Positions 25,086 through 38,457 of a stretch of DNA of 64,000 bases are shown piece after piece. Made by a program: the position numbers and the translations under genes. The notes beneath the pieces were generated by a model that had not been told where the DNA came from, did no database searches, and saw only the letters and a list, made by a program, of their open reading frames with translations. The stretch is from the NCBI GenBank assembly GCA_051294905.1, contig CM119373.1, positions 5,334,001 to 5,398,000 on the forward strand, read 5' to 3'. Every line of letters starts with the position of its first letter. The stretch's first letter is position 1. The DNA is from Botryllus schlosseri. Taxonomy: Eukaryota.

Positions 25086-25181
25086 CTTCTGGTGTAAAGC
25101 CTATAACCGTGGATTTGCTATATTTCGGTCAACGGAATTGCTATGGAGGCGCTACAAGATTTGCATCGATCCATTTTAAAG
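25086..25181 (+). CDS. Receptor gene exon C
   Basis: CAATAG/GTAACA, 96 nt, phase 1-1, open: SGVKPITVDLLYFGQRNCYGGATRFASIHFK. Confidence 0.7.
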
Positions 25182-25676
25182 GTAACAGATATTGCAAGTA
25201 TAGTTGGAAGCAACATGTTTTGAATCAACAGATATCAGATCTTTAATAAAATGCTAATTCAATTGAAATTTATTGTTCAATTGTGGCATTGATAGTGTTT
25301 GTCGACTATACTATGGTCATTTAAACTATAGGCCAATTTTCATTATTTCTCTTCCGTAGCTGCCGACTCGTAGCACGGCCCACTTTTAGACTTTTATAAG
25401 ACACCGCTTACGCGGATTATATTGCGAGCAGGAGCATAGATAAATCTCCAACACTTGGGTAGGAATAGGGTAGGAAAATTTATTGTCTGTGGCCACCTGA
25501 AGTAAATAAAACTGGGACACACTTATAATTGTCAGGATATGATGGCCAATAATTTGGAAAATGGTATTTATGCTTCTCTGAAAGGTAAATTTATTTAGCA
25601 TGCGTTTTATAACTTAAAACATCGCATTTCAAACGGATATCGCACAGCGTAATATAGTTACATATTTTGAATGCAG

Positions 25677-25871
25677 GTTGCCAGAATCAGACACAAATCG
25701 TTATTGGTTTACACAGCACTTCGGTAGCAAGATATATGGACATTGGTAAAATCATTTGCCAGGATAATGCGAACGGACGTGCTATATTTAGCAATGGAAG
25801 TGAAGCTCTACAGACCCAATGCCTTGCCGACGCTACTTGGAGAGGGTTGGACGATATCACTTGTCTTTATC
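25677..25871 (+). CDS. Receptor gene exon D: CCP/Sushi (SCR) domain
   Basis: TGCAG/GTGAGT, 195 nt, phase 1-1: GCQNQTQIVIGLHSTSVARYMDIGKIICQDNANGRAIFSNGSEALQTQCLADATWRGLDDITCLY. Four Cys, with the C-x2-D-x2-W-x7-C pattern. Confidence 0.82.
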
Positions 25872-26097
25872 GTGAGTCAAGGCTTTACGCGTAGGCCTAC
25901 TTCGTTTTACTACAACTGATGATATTATTGAAGGATATCGAATTAAAATGCATTAAATTCCTAATTAGAAAAGTCCAAGGGTAGGCCTATTATACATTTA
26001 TATAATGTAAAATTGCTAGTTACGACTGTAATTTGGCAAAATAATAATGCGTCTCTTTATCGCTTTCGATTGTGAGTCAATTTCCTTTAAATTTCAG

Positions 26098-26258
26098 CTA
26101 TACCGGTTCAACTCCAGATTGATAATCGGCGTTACTCTCAGACAATGGCTGTGAAATACAATGATTCAACTTCCGATCTACTTCCTCTGAGATGTTCGGC
26201 AAGTGCTATCCGAGATGACAGAAATTATTCAAAGCGATTCATCCTACAAGATAAAATG
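26098..26258 (+). CDS. Receptor gene exon E: first half of an Ig-like domain
   Basis: TTTCAG acceptor, phase 1-0 (donor GTTTGT at 26259 or GTAGGC at 26271): IPVQLQIDNRRYSQTMAVKYNDSTSDLLPLRCSASAIRDDRNYSKRFILQDKM. Confidence 0.72.
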
Positions 26259-27135
26259 GTTTGTTCCAAAGTAGGCCAGTGTTATCCTAACGTGAATCGT
26301 CAGGATAAGGAGAGCCGTGACTTAATTGTTTTGGTCCGCAGCAAGTTGCTAAACTGAAAATGACCCGTGCATCAGTAGTCTTCAGCTAATACACTGGTTC
26401 TCAACCTGTGTGACTCTACACACTATAGTGGACCAAGTTGACTGCTCAGGGGTTTCGCTATCAAATGTAGTAAACAAGGTCAACGTATATTAAAAGTTAA
26501 GGAATCAAAATTCTGAGTGAGGCATAATCGGCAGTTTTGATATTTTTACCTGCTCATGACACACGATGTATAATGCAATGCAATGAACAGTACAGGCATG
26601 TCAAACGAATAGCTATGGTGTCTCAATCTGGCAGTGCCAGTGTTTGATCTTCCTCGCTCCCTTGAACGGACCTTGATCGGGTCTTTTTATTTTGGATGCG
26701 CTTTGAGCACAGGATCGTAGAAGAAGAGAATCTCAGATAAATCTCCGACGCTTCGGAATTCGCTACTGCTATGAATCAAATTGGGTCCTTCACCGCCAAT
26801 GCTAGTGATAGGCTAATTATCCACTTATGGTAGTATTTGGGGCAGTGAAAACTAAACAAAAGATCATCCACTCGAGCAATTGGGTCGTGAACTCGTGATG
26901 TTGAGGTGTGAACGGAAATGTTGACCTCTTTTTAATCATCCATATCATAACCGGATGCTGAACGGTACGATTATCCAGGTTGGTGACCTTTTGATGTTCT
27001 TTTTTAGTCATCATATTGACAAGCGTTGGACATCTCTGTTCCTTTTACTTTACACCATACCGAGTGGTTCCTGAGATGTCAACTTATAGCAAGACCAATT
27101 TTCGCTTTAGACTGTTCGTAAGACACTGCTTAGAC

Positions 27136-27982
27136 CAGTGGTTCTTAACCTTTTTGTCTAAAGCGAAAATGAGCCCCGGAGCCCCGCAGACCCCTGCAGA
27201 GTTTTAGTTCAAATTTAGCTCAATTATAGTGCAATCGTCATCTGTCTTGCGTAAACGATAACTGTAAGCTTAGTGATAAACAGTAACAAATTGAGTTGAC
27301 TTCTATTATTTCAAAGCAAACTCTGCAGCTGCATTTCTTGAGATACTTAGTCGTATCGTGAACATCCGCGCCTTGAATTTGATATGAACGAGTGGCGAAT
27401 ATCCATGTGTCCAATCCATCCAAATATATAGGTGTTACGTTGAACGTAATATTAACGCGTAGCGTTCCTGGCGACACGTGTTGGTGTGATCGCAACAAAT
27501 ATGGCACCAAAATTGACAAACACATATTTTTAATGGACAATCAACATATAACGTCAAGCCTGGTCATTTCTATCTAGAAGCTTATCTTGAAATTATTGTT
27601 GAAAAAGAGTTATGTATATCACAAGAGAAAATAGATTTTCGTAAACATTTCGTAGTCACCGTGGTTGACCTTACTCATCCAACTTTTTATTTTTTCCACA
27701 ATCCCCAACAAAACATCTCTCAACAAAAGAATGTTTGTACCAGTAGGCTATTGTCAATTTAGCAACTAAAATGAGTCTACACAGTAGAATAGTTCATCTC
27801 ATACGGCCATTCTGTTGGTGTGAGCTCTGGAGTTCTACCAGTAATCAAGCGAAACTGCCTCGTGATATTCCTAATTAAAAAAAATACAAATTGGGTTATC
27901 AACTATTTTGAGGCTTCGCAGATCCTCTGAAAATGTGTTGCGGGCCCCTAGGGGTCCACGGACCCCCGATTGAGAACCACTG
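27136..27982. mobile_element. hAT MITE inserted in a SINE copy
   Basis: CAGTGGTTCTTAACC/TTGAGAACCACTG with TSD GCTTAGAC/GCTTGGAC. Confidence 0.85.
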
Positions 27983-28328
27983 GCTTGGACGGATCGGAGG
28001 GCGAGGAGGAACTTCCTACACTTGACGAGGAATTTTGGAATCCAACCCACGACCCGTTTGTGCTTCAGGAGTCGCAATGTAGGCTACCCCTATGCGTTTT
28101 CCGATATAAGAGAGTGCCGTGAGGTCTAAAAGGTTGAGAACCACTATGTTGAATGTTACAGTTTCAGGGAAAAAAGCATAGGTGTTAGTACTGTTAGCAG
28201 TAGTCAAGAAAGCATCTCAAATAGAACTAGAAGTACGGGCCAAAAAATCTACCTAAGTAAAAGTTAGAGGGTAGACTTCTAAAATCAAACGAAAACTACT
28301 TCAAGTGGAAATATAATTGGCTGGCTTT

Positions 28329-28594
28329 CAGAGGTGGTCAAAGTAGTCACCGTCGCTACTCAAGTAGAAGTAGAAGTAACGCCGGAATTTCTACTCAAGT
28401 AGAAGTAGGAGTGGTGGTTCACAAGTAAGTAAGTAAGTAGGTATTCTACGCTTAGTTTTGCCTACAAAACTGAAAACTGTCAAGTAGAAGTAGAAGTAGT
28501 CTAAAATCATAACTACTTAAAAAGTAGTGTGAGTAGGAAAAATATACTTCAAGTACTTCAAAAATTAGAAGTACTTCGCTACTGACCACCTCTG
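28329..28594. mobile_element. Short hAT MITE (AGTAGA-repeat family)
   Basis: CAGAGGTGGTCA/TGACCACCTCTG with perfect TSD CTGGCTTT. Confidence 0.92.
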
Positions 28595-29269
28595 CTGGCT
28601 TTAAATTATACACAAGTAAGTAATTACTTTTGAAAGGCAGTTTCTAATACGCTCTCATGGACTGCCAAAACTGGAAAATTGCACTGCGCGTATGGTGCAG
28701 AGCGCTAGGTTCGTGTCGCTAACCCATGAATGGTAAGGTATCGACAGCATAAGAATTTTACCGCCTCGTGGATGCAACTAAAACAGCAGGTCTCAATCTT
28801 TGTTTACCGAGCGGCGCGTTTAAGAAAATGTCATGGAATAGCATCCCCAATAAATATAAGGCCTATAGTTTAGACCAGGGGTTCTAAACCTGGGGGGCAC
28901 GCCCCCCTTGGGGGGCGCGGGAGACTCTCAGGGGGAGCGCGAGAATTTGACAAAGTCTGTATAAATTGTTACTAAGCATGTGTTTCACAACCATTCTGAA
29001 AAGACGATTGTTAAAGATTAAACTTATATCGTATTCTAGAAAGATTGCCAAACTCAAACTCCAGCAGTCGCGTTCAACGGAGTATAGGCTAACTTCAACT
29101 TCATTTGAGCAAATTTTTGATATTCTTTGAAGATTTAGATCAATTCCTCCGTGCAAGTCATTCATTACTTTATAGCTTTGGCAGTAGCCTAAATCTCGGT
29201 GCGCTATAGGTAGCTGTTGTTAATAGCTGGCGAACTGCACTGCGTAAGACCGACTTAGATGCAATATAG

Positions 29270-30222
29270 TAGGGATGGTGTGAACGTGAGGTTCACGTTC
29301 GTGTTCTGTGTGTGAACCTCGGAAAACTTGAGGTTCGCGTTCACAACAGAACCTTGGTAGGTTCTGTACTGTGAACCTTTTTCATATATTGCAATATTCA
29401 CTTTATTATAACATCTTTGGTTCAAATTTATTGACTTCCAACTGCGGGCCACTCTATGCATGTTGCTGGCAGCATAAACATTGAACACGTAACGTGCATG
29501 CCCTTGACAATCTCAAAAATTCACTTGTATTGCTACAAAAGTTTGCTCGAAATTTCCAGCCTTCCGTTTGTGCATATTTAGTGTCTCTGTGCTGTGAGCT
29601 TGACCCGCAATCACATGACATCAAGAGCGAAATACACTGTCTTTTGTCAGCAAATGATCCTTATTCAACCAATCAATGAGATTGATATCTTCTTCTGATG
29701 TAAAAATCTAGCAGGCGTACGGGGTCAATCTTGACTACATATGTATACTGTATCATAAAAACCAAATCCGTGCGACTGGGGTGTTGGCTATACGTCTGTA
29801 TAACTTGTTAATCGGTAGCAAGTACAGAAACCCATTTTACACTCTGCTCAATATCCATGTGGCAATACTCAGACGCCGGAAACATTGTCCGATCAGGTCG
29901 AAATTGTTGGCTAAGCGACGCATGATAATGATTTTATTATATGGGATTATTATATCATTTGATTGCCCCAGTTGATACATTTGGCGACGTTTCAAACGTC
30001 AATATGTACTTGAGTACTGAGCTATTATGTGGCCCCGAGTCGTCGCTCGGTATCGTGTACAGTAGATTAATATAGGCAATCACCTAATTGAAATATGGGG
30101 TTTAAATTAGCAATATGACGTCACGTGACGTCATGAGGTTCACGTTCGTGTTCACACAGAACCTTTCAAAAAGGTTCACGTTCACACGAACCTGAACCTT
30201 TCAGAGGTTCACACCATCCCTA
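29270..30222. mobile_element. hAT Ac-like MITE (same family as 19835-22930, no nested insert)
   Basis: TAGGGATGGTGTGAAC/GTTCACACCATCCCTA with perfect TSD CAATATAG. Confidence 0.93.
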
Positions 30223-30503
30223 CAATATAGGTTGCCCGGTTTCGCCCTCAATTAGGCTATAAATTACCACAATTTATTTCATTTCCAAAACTGATCAAAC
30301 TTAGCATGGCAGGACAGAACGACGCCGTGCTCTCTGTAGTCACTACCATCATCAGGATTAGTCTCAGTGCAACCTACCTTGAAATTATTTGATGTCCTGT
30401 TCAATGTTTTTATTTGTTATTTTGAAACAAGTTTTGGGAAATTTGTCAGCAATTTAAAAGACTCAACAACTGGAATGCGGATTCAACATTGGCGTAAGAC
30501 ATA

Positions 30504-32255
30504 GGGGAGATGTGGTACCGATGGATCACTGGGACCGAAAATACTTGAAAAATTCTCCATGATAATTCCATGATGACACTCCGTGAATTTGTCTACAGTT
30601 ACATGCTGACAGAATCCTTCCTCACATGCGAAAAAATTCGACCTGCGTGAGTTATGGGGTCTGTGACGAATGATTTACGTTTTAGGGGGTGTAAAGTAAA
30701 TTTGGATCGACATTTGCATTTTGCTATATCACCTTTCAGACTAACAAACCCGCCATAATTTTTGATGTGAAGTATAGGTAGGGTTACCATATTCTTGTTT
30801 CATAAAATCGGGGCGCTCTTTAGCGCCCACTAGCGGATTTCAAAATTAGATATGAGCTGATTTTTGAATGACGTCACACTAGCAAAGCTTTGTCTATCAC
30901 AGAGATGGGCAAACTACGGGCCGCATGCGGCCCGCAAGAGTCTGGAGAAACTTTGCAAAAAAATTGATAGAATGTGAACTAAAAATCGAAATAATGAAGG
31001 GACTTGATCAACTTTTTCTTAGTATATTCTACACTGGTTCTCAAACTGGTGGGCGCCCCCCTTGGGGCGTGAAAGCATCTGAAGGGGGGCGCGAAGCTCA
31101 GCTCAACTGAAAATTTTTTTCGCGCTTCGCGTGATATACATCCGATTCATACGTAACTACTTAACATACTTACTTATCGATTACAGGTATGGCTCTTCTA
31201 TGTATTGTATAATATCAGCACGGCAGAGGGATTATAACAATTTTGAGTGAGTTTAAATAAATGAACTTGTATGGGGGGGGGGGTGAATTTCTACGAAAAT
31301 TGTTGATTTCAAATCGTATTTTAACATACTTCTAATTCGAAATTAGACAAAATCAATACATTTTTTGAAAAGAACTAGTTTCATACTCGTGGATTCTGCA
31401 ATAAAAAAAATTGGAAAATTTTGTTAGTTCAGCAGTAGCCTACCTTACGGCCTTAAAAAGCGGGACGTTTGGCTGACTGGTCGGGACGCCGGGACAAGAC
31501 GCTGAAAAGCGGGACAATCCCGCCTAAAACGGGACGTATGGTAAGCCTAAGTATAGGGCTTGTATTAGGGTATAAAATGGCACATATTGTTTGAATCAAT
31601 ACCAACCTCGAGTGGACTATTTTCAAGTCAATTACAATATTTATGGGGTGGGGGACCTATGGTACCAAATCAAGCCAAATCAAGCAAAATAGATGGGCCA
31701 ACTAATCACTTAACAACACAAACTCGTCTACATATATGTAGGCTGTAAAGTGTAAATCATAGGTACCTGTGGTGTTTTATCGCTATTACGAGTTATTTGA
31801 AAGTCAAAATGACGATTTGCGGGTAATATGTATGGGGCATTAATTTTGTAAGTTTAGGCGTAAATCAAAACATGACTTTATGCCAACATTTCACTTGATA
31901 TAATCTATTTTATTCTTGAAGGTCGCGACGAAACATTCTTCATTGGGTTGCTGTAGCTTAGCTTACAGTACACAACAAAACAAGTTGACAAATTTGATTT
32001 TTTGAAGGTATGTCTCATAGGTCCCATGGTAGTGTGCCTTCGGACCCACCGGATGGGGATCGATGACACGTTCGAGCAACAAATTTTAAACGTTTATAAA
32101 TATTTTTTGAAAAGGCGGATATTCATGTAAATGTCCGCGATAGGTAGAGCTTGCATCGAAGTGTTGAGACAGCAAAAGATCTGCCATTCTCGGCTGAAGA
32201 TTTGAGGGCCAGAGATCATTTTGCAATTTTTGATCCATCGGTACCACATCTCCCC
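30504..32255. mobile_element. TA-TSD MITE copy 2 (family of 2293-3254) with nested hAT
   Basis: TA|GGGGAGATGTGGTACCGATGGATCA ... CCACATCTCCCC|TA. Confidence 0.9.
30779..31549. mobile_element. hAT Blackjack-like MITE
   Basis: TAGGGTTACCATA/TATGGTAAGCCTA, perfect TSD AGTATAGG, GGGAC subterminal repeats. Confidence 0.88.
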
Positions 32256-32277
32256 TACCTTATGTATACTATTAGAT

Positions 32278-32760
32278 CAGGGATGGGCAACCTGCGCCCG
32301 TACGGCCGCATGCGGCCGTAGAAGGGAACTTGTGCGGCCGTCGACGCCTCATTCAATTAGTATGTGTTGGCAGTAGAATTTATTTAATCTTAAAAAAATT
32401 TTCGCGCTAGGCGCAATTCAATGAGACATCATTTTTCAATTTTAATGTAGTAGTCCCCTTCTTAATCTGAGCCGGAATGGGAATCGTCAAGAAGTAATAA
32501 TTCATTCGCGGCTCTGAAAAATTTTCGCGCTCCGGGCGACAATATACACTCCAGGCAACTATTCATAACATTGCCACTCGCGATTTAGGTGCGTACGATA
32601 GGCCGTTGTGAAAAAGAGTTTACCGCGAATGGATATGGACAGTTTATCATAGGTATTTTGTGTCCAGATCGTTCATTGCGGCTATGTCCTGGAATCCGGC
32701 CTTAGGCTAAATAGGTAATCGAAATGCCGCCATGATTAGCAAGAAGGTTGCCCACCTCTG
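32278..32760. mobile_element. hAT Charlie-like MITE
   Basis: CAGGGATGGGCAACCT/AGGTTGCCCACCTCTG with perfect TSD TATTAGAT. Confidence 0.92.
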
Positions 32761-33536
32761 TATTAGATGTTGTGCTCTTTTTGACATGACGATAAATGCA
32801 AGTGGGTTCACGGGGGGCGCGATTTTTTTGACCATCGCCAAGGGGGGCGCGTGTCAAAAAAGGTTGAGAACCGCTGGTTTAGACGAAGAGCAATGTATGG
32901 GTGGGATATATCGGATAGAACATTCGCGTTGCGCGATCAATGTACGTTAACTAAAATAGAGTAAATCTTAAAATGTTATTTTCCTGGATAATATAGGGGC
33001 AGTTCTGCATTATTGTTAAACTTCAGCGTGCTTTTGCATGTGTTATGGGCGAAAATGCAATGTGGAAGGAGGCACTCAATGAGCTAGCTACCTATGTAGT
33101 TAGAGAGGTTCAAAAATAACTTTTTTTTCTGGATTCCAGCCATTCAGTCATTAAATCGTCAAGTTACCCTAAAAAACGCTGCTTACCAAATTCGGTTCAA
33201 TTCTAACCAGTATAAGGCTCCGCAGATCCAATCGAAATTATTAATTTATACGGAAAAATTGCAAAAATTTTTTTTTCAATTTTTCTGTCAACCCCATGAA
33301 ATTGTTGAGCTGTCTTCAGAGACGATGCGAAACAAATTTGACTAAATTCCAACTTGTAGAAGCGGAGTTATTGCAGCTTTCCGATGATATTCCTCGGATT
33401 ATCCACCAATCAAAGATAATCCGAGATTTATCAATGAAAAACTCAAATAACTCAGTATCTACTAGTTGTAATTGAGTCAAATTTGTTTTGCATAGTCTTT
33501 GAAGACAGCTCAACAATTTCATGGGGTTGATAGAAA

Positions 33537-34708
33537 GGTTGCCGGTGAACTAGAACCTCGGTAAACTCAGCCTTATAAACTCGGCCCTCGGTAAACTCGG
33601 CCCTCGATGAACTCGGCCCTTGAGAAATTTTGTAATAAAGTGTATTAACAAGTATTAATATGAATTATTAAACTAATAATGTTATCATCATCTGGTTTGT
33701 CAATCTTGTAAGGAGCTCAGGGCATGCGTAGATCACGCGGTCACGGCGTGATCACATCACATGATGACGGATTGCGCAAGCTCCAAGCGCGGGAAAGAAC
33801 GTGACGTTCACATATCGACCACGCGCGGTCGGCTCAGTGTTGAATTAACTTGGCGAGGGGCGGACGTGCGACGTTCGACATCGTCGTATCTGTTCATGAC
33901 ATCGCATTGGGTCTTATCGCATTGTACATTGTGTGTGACTTGTTCAGATAAAAAGTATATCCCAACGATTGTTATTGCTCACATATCAACCACGCGTGGT
34001 CTGCTCGTTATTGTCACTGTAGGTTGAGGTGGGGTTTTAGGGTTGGGTTGGGTAGGGTAGGGGGAAGGGAGACATTAGGGTTAGGGGAGTGGGACATTAG
34101 GGCTGGGGTAGGATATTAGGGTTTGGGAAGGGGGACATTAGGGTTGGGGGTAGGCGATATTGGGAGTAGGGGATATTAGGGTTGGTGGTGGGTTAGGGTA
34201 CAAGTTGGGGTTAAGGTATTCCAAGATTAGGGTTGGAGTAGGATATTAGGGTTAGGGGTGGCATTAGGGTTGGAGGTGGGGGATATTAGGGTTGGTGTCG
34301 AAGGGTTAGGGTCGAAGTTGGGGTTAGGGTATCCCAAGATTAGGGTTAGGGGAGGAGAGACATTAGGGTTGGAGTGGTATCAGGGTTGGGGGAGGGCAAT
34401 ATTAGGGTTGGGGCAGGGGGACATTAGGGTTGGGGTAGGATATTAGGGTTGGGGTTGGGTCAGGGTCAAAGTTAGGGTATCCCAACATTAGGGTGCCCTG
34501 ACATGAATATCCCCCAGTCATATTATCCAGGGTTACCATATTTTGGAAGTCTCAAAAGAGCACCAAATTTTCATTTATAGTTTCGGAATCAGTGCGACAG
34601 TAGCTTTTGATTAAGACCAAATTCAGTAAATTCTGTTTTAATACAAAAATTCACCGAGGGCCGAGTTTGTAAGGCCGAGTTCGCCGAGGGCCGAGTTCAC
34701 TGATAATC
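33537..34708. mobile_element. TIR element with tandem subterminal AACTCGGCCCTCG repeats and an internal G-rich TTAGGG-containing array
   Basis: Left (GGTAAACTCGGCCCTC)n at 33544-33620, right (GAGGGCCGAGTT)n at 34652-34700. Partial flanking duplication GATAG. Confidence 0.75.
34020..34495 (+). repeat. Degenerate telomere-like G-rich array (ATTAGGGTTGGGG-type units)
   Basis: About 20 TTAGGG occurrences interspersed with G3-G5 runs; strongly strand-asymmetric. Confidence 0.9.
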
Positions 34709-36604
34709 GATAGTTTTATTTTTATTTTGCCTGATCAATTCAAATTTTTAATTGGATATGCGGAGTCCTATACTTGTCAAAATTAACCAAATTTGGTATA
34801 CAGCGATTTTTTGGCTTTTTGGCTAACCTGACAATTTAATCAGTGAATGGCTGGAATCAGAGAAAAAAGTTATTTTTGAACCGCCCTAATGTACATTCTA
34901 TTCCGGTCGAAGCGAAACGATATTTCTGAAGTTAACTCCACTTTTGTAACATCTATATTCCGCACTCCGGGAAAACCACCCCAAGAAATTATCCGCCTCC
35001 TTCATGCTCTCTCTCTCTCTCTCTCGCTCTCTCTCGCACAATGCGTTTACTTGACAAACTGTAAATAGCTAAAAGTAAATAACTGAATCACAAAATATTT
35101 CGAGTAAGAAGTAGAAGTGGCGAAACACTAGATTTACGTGAGTAAGTATCCAGGAAAACTACTTGAGTACTTCGAAAAAGTAGAAGTATTGCGTTACTGA
35201 CCACCTCTAATAAATAGTGATTCCACAGGTATTAAGTTGGTAGAACATTTTCTGACCTAAAAAACAGTTAATTTTGTACTCAAACATCATACTTTTGACA
35301 ATAAAAATCTAAATTTTGACAAAATCTTGCGCTTGAATGTGTTTAAATTAGACGTGGTTGCGCATAACGTTAGAACTGTAGAAAAATCTGCTTTAGCTTG
35401 GCAAAAATCAGCAAAATACGTTCAACAGCAGCAATTGTTTGTTGGCAGCGGTTAATGTCAGTGCATATTGCTGCAGTGCTAGTAACACATCTGTTCATTC
35501 ACACCATCAGTGTTTTCTACGTCGTTCTTTTTATGCCGAAACCCAAATCTGATTTTTGCGAATATCTCGCGACCCACGTATACGTTACGAACCACTATGC
35601 CTCAAAAACTATGTCTCTCACGCAAATAAGCTTCAGATTCATATATGAGATATCGGCGTGAGCTTGTAAAAACTGCTGATCTACTAAAAATTTCAATCGT
35701 ATTTAGATGTGATGATTATCACGCCAGGTCGACTTCACAATGAGTATACAAATTGGTCATCTGCAACCGTAAGACCTTAAAGTAGGGATGGTGTGAAGGT
35801 GAGGTTCACGTACCACCACGTTCACGCTCTGTGTGCGAGCCTCTGAAATTTGGAGGTTCGCGTTCACCAACGAATCTTGCTAGATTCTGCACTATGAACC
35901 TTTATCATGAATTACAATTTCACACGTCGGTATAACGTCTTTCAAAGTCGCCTACAATTCGTTTCGGACAAGTTGAATGTGAACGCGAAGGAGACGGTAA
36001 CACACACTTCATTATTTCCTGACATGTGCCTGTATAATGGAGGATATAGGTAGCAACAAAGACGGCTTTATGTTGAAGGATACTAAACAATAACAAATTG
36101 TGGTCTTTAACATCAATTCGTTAGCTTCGTCTTTCAAAAACTTCGATATCAATAAATGAGGTTTTAATTATACGTTTTAGGTGGATCAGTTAATTCAGAT
36201 TTTTATAGTTTCAATGGCCCGCTAGGTTTGTTTTTGAAGTTTTCGAGATCGCATCTAAATGCAAAAAACAGATTTAGTCACTCATGATGGGCCGTAGCTA
36301 CAATAACACATTTACCCATGATATTATTTTGGAAGTTATCCCCTGGAGGTAAATCGAATAACGTGGGCTGAAAGAGGATCAAAAATTAATAGTAGAATAT
36401 GCAAGTAAAAATACCAATATTATTGACAAAAGTCATCCCTTCACTCGAAACATTTTCGCACTTCGCCCGACAAAAGCACTCTTCAATGGCAAGCAGATAG
36501 AAATAAATAGATAAGTCATGTTTACCTATTCTGACTTGTTCCTAAATCGCGCAATGCCTGGCTTCGGTTGAAGACCCAGGGTACTGCAAGACCAGCGTTT
36601 AGGG

Positions 36605-37303
36605 CAGATGTCCGCAAGCTACGGCCCGCAACACCTTTTTGTAATAAAATCAATTTACTGTGGGTATAGTTACGCATTATTTCTTTTTTATTTTATTGAC
36701 GGCACAATACCCGACCTTGAAGCCCATGTATTTTGGAAGGTTTCCATTGCTCAACATCACAGAAAGTGAAACGTAAATGACTTAATCCGAACCACAAGTA
36801 TAATTTTGGATTTGCTTCATGAGCAAGTTTATGATTTTTAGTGCTGTACTTGGAAATCCCTATTCGCAAGTGTGTTAGATAGATTCGTTCTTTATATGTG
36901 TAGAAATGTTTGTATATAATATTTATATATTGTAAACGTATTTAAAGGTAACGTGGTTATGATGCTGTTAGCATTGTGTGTTCTTAAGATAAACCATAAG
37001 TTCAATCAGCAAATCTGTGAACAGATCACTGATCACAGACTCAAATTTACGTCTAGTTCTAAGAATCGGGATACCAGACTTCCATCCATAATTTTGGCAG
37101 TGTGGACGGCCAGCTTAAAAATTCTTGCGTAAAAATCAATCTTTGGTTTGTCTTAAATATACAAGTTCGTATATTATTTCCAGGTTCTCGGTCCATATGT
37201 AATCAAATATGAATATAGAATATTGGAATTTTATATAGCGCGGCCTGCGAATGGATTCAAATGTTGAATGCGCCCCGCTAGCTCAATAGTTTTCCCAACC
37301 ATG
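36605..37303. mobile_element. Old hAT Charlie-like MITE
   Basis: Degenerate TIRs with perfect TSD GTTTAGGG. Confidence 0.75.
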
Positions 37304-38457
37304 GTTTAGGGGGAAGCGTGACAAAATGCCTATTTGGGCCTGGATTTTTCTCACAGTTGTCCTTGGTAGTTGGTACGTTTGCTCAGGCTCGTGAAAAGCT
37401 TGAGTTAAAATTGCTTGCCAAGAAAAGCGTTCGTGCTGTAAATTGATGGTCAGTGACAGTGTTCATGCTTACTATAGGCTACGCACCGACTTATGTGGGG
37501 CACACCCATTATGTAATGACCTGTCGGCCCCACTATACATGCTTCTGTGGCATATTTTATATCCGCATGTGTCGAAGTAGAAAATAAGTTGACCTCCATT
37601 TTAGTCAGCAGGTGTTAATGTCTCAACCTTATGAGACCTTATTTGCGATCTTAAAGCCAAGGATCTGTCACAATTTTTATTTGATACTGCCACAATGGTA
37701 TAACGAATGAGGCTATTAGTTGGGATAGTTTCGAGTATCTTTATGGTTGCATATTATTTCAATGATATTTCACGGAAGAAATTTCACGATATCGTTAAAT
37801 TGATCATCCCTTATTGGAAAAAGTTAAGAGAACCTCAGTGTTATTCATGGGGTGAATCTGAAAATATATATTTGATTTGCAGTTTTCATGTAGGCCTATG
37901 TTTTTGTAACTTCCTTTACTCAACTTTTGCCTGCAACTACCAAGGAAATACATAACATGATCAAACCCAAACGTAATAATTCTACTATCGTTTTACTTGT
38001 CGGCAAAAAATGTCCTCTATTTGAATGCTGAAAAATGCTAAGCCTATGTTGGACTAATGAAAAGTGCGCTCCTGTCGCGCGTTGGGGCTTTTGGTATCCT
38101 GGAACATTTTTCTTCCGCCAATGCATTCGCATCTTCCATGTGGAATTTAGGAGCAAACAATATATATTACTTATCGCTATCGCTTACTCATCTTATGTAA
38201 CAAATTTTCGTGATTATAGTTGATTTCTCCGACTTTATACATGGAAGATTTGAAGGTGCTCGCTAATACGCCAATATATTGGATCAGATGCGTGCTTGAA
38301 TAAGCTTGAATATGGTGTAGCGTGTAGGGGGTTGGTTTAATTCATTTGATTGCAAGCCCCTCATATTTTGTACAAATAGCTAGATATTATACTATTATGA
38401 ATTGTCATAAATACCGGATGTATCAATCTAAAAACTCTCTTCTCCCTCCCGGTACAG

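Larger units (their letters stand above)
28876..32876. mobile_element. hAT element expanded to 4 kb by nested insertions
   Basis: CAGGGGTTCTAAACCT/AGGTTGAGAACCGCTG with perfect TSD GTTTAGAC. Confidence 0.88.
33103..34886. mobile_element. Near-palindromic (foldback) TA-flanked element with an insertion in its right arm
   Basis: 33103-33240 is the inverted repeat of 34750-34886. 33285-33360 is the inverted repeat of 33457-33535 (centre ~33410). Confidence 0.82.

Noticed and set aside
31032..32876. Pairing the hAT left end at ~31032 with the right end at 32876
   Set aside because: It would cross the boundaries of two other elements. The TSD GTTTAGAC pairs 32876 with 28876 instead.
34020..34495. 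True telomere or chromosome-fusion scar
   Set aside because: Not a pure (TTAGGG)n tract, no head-to-head CCCTAA arm, and it is enclosed by a TIR element.
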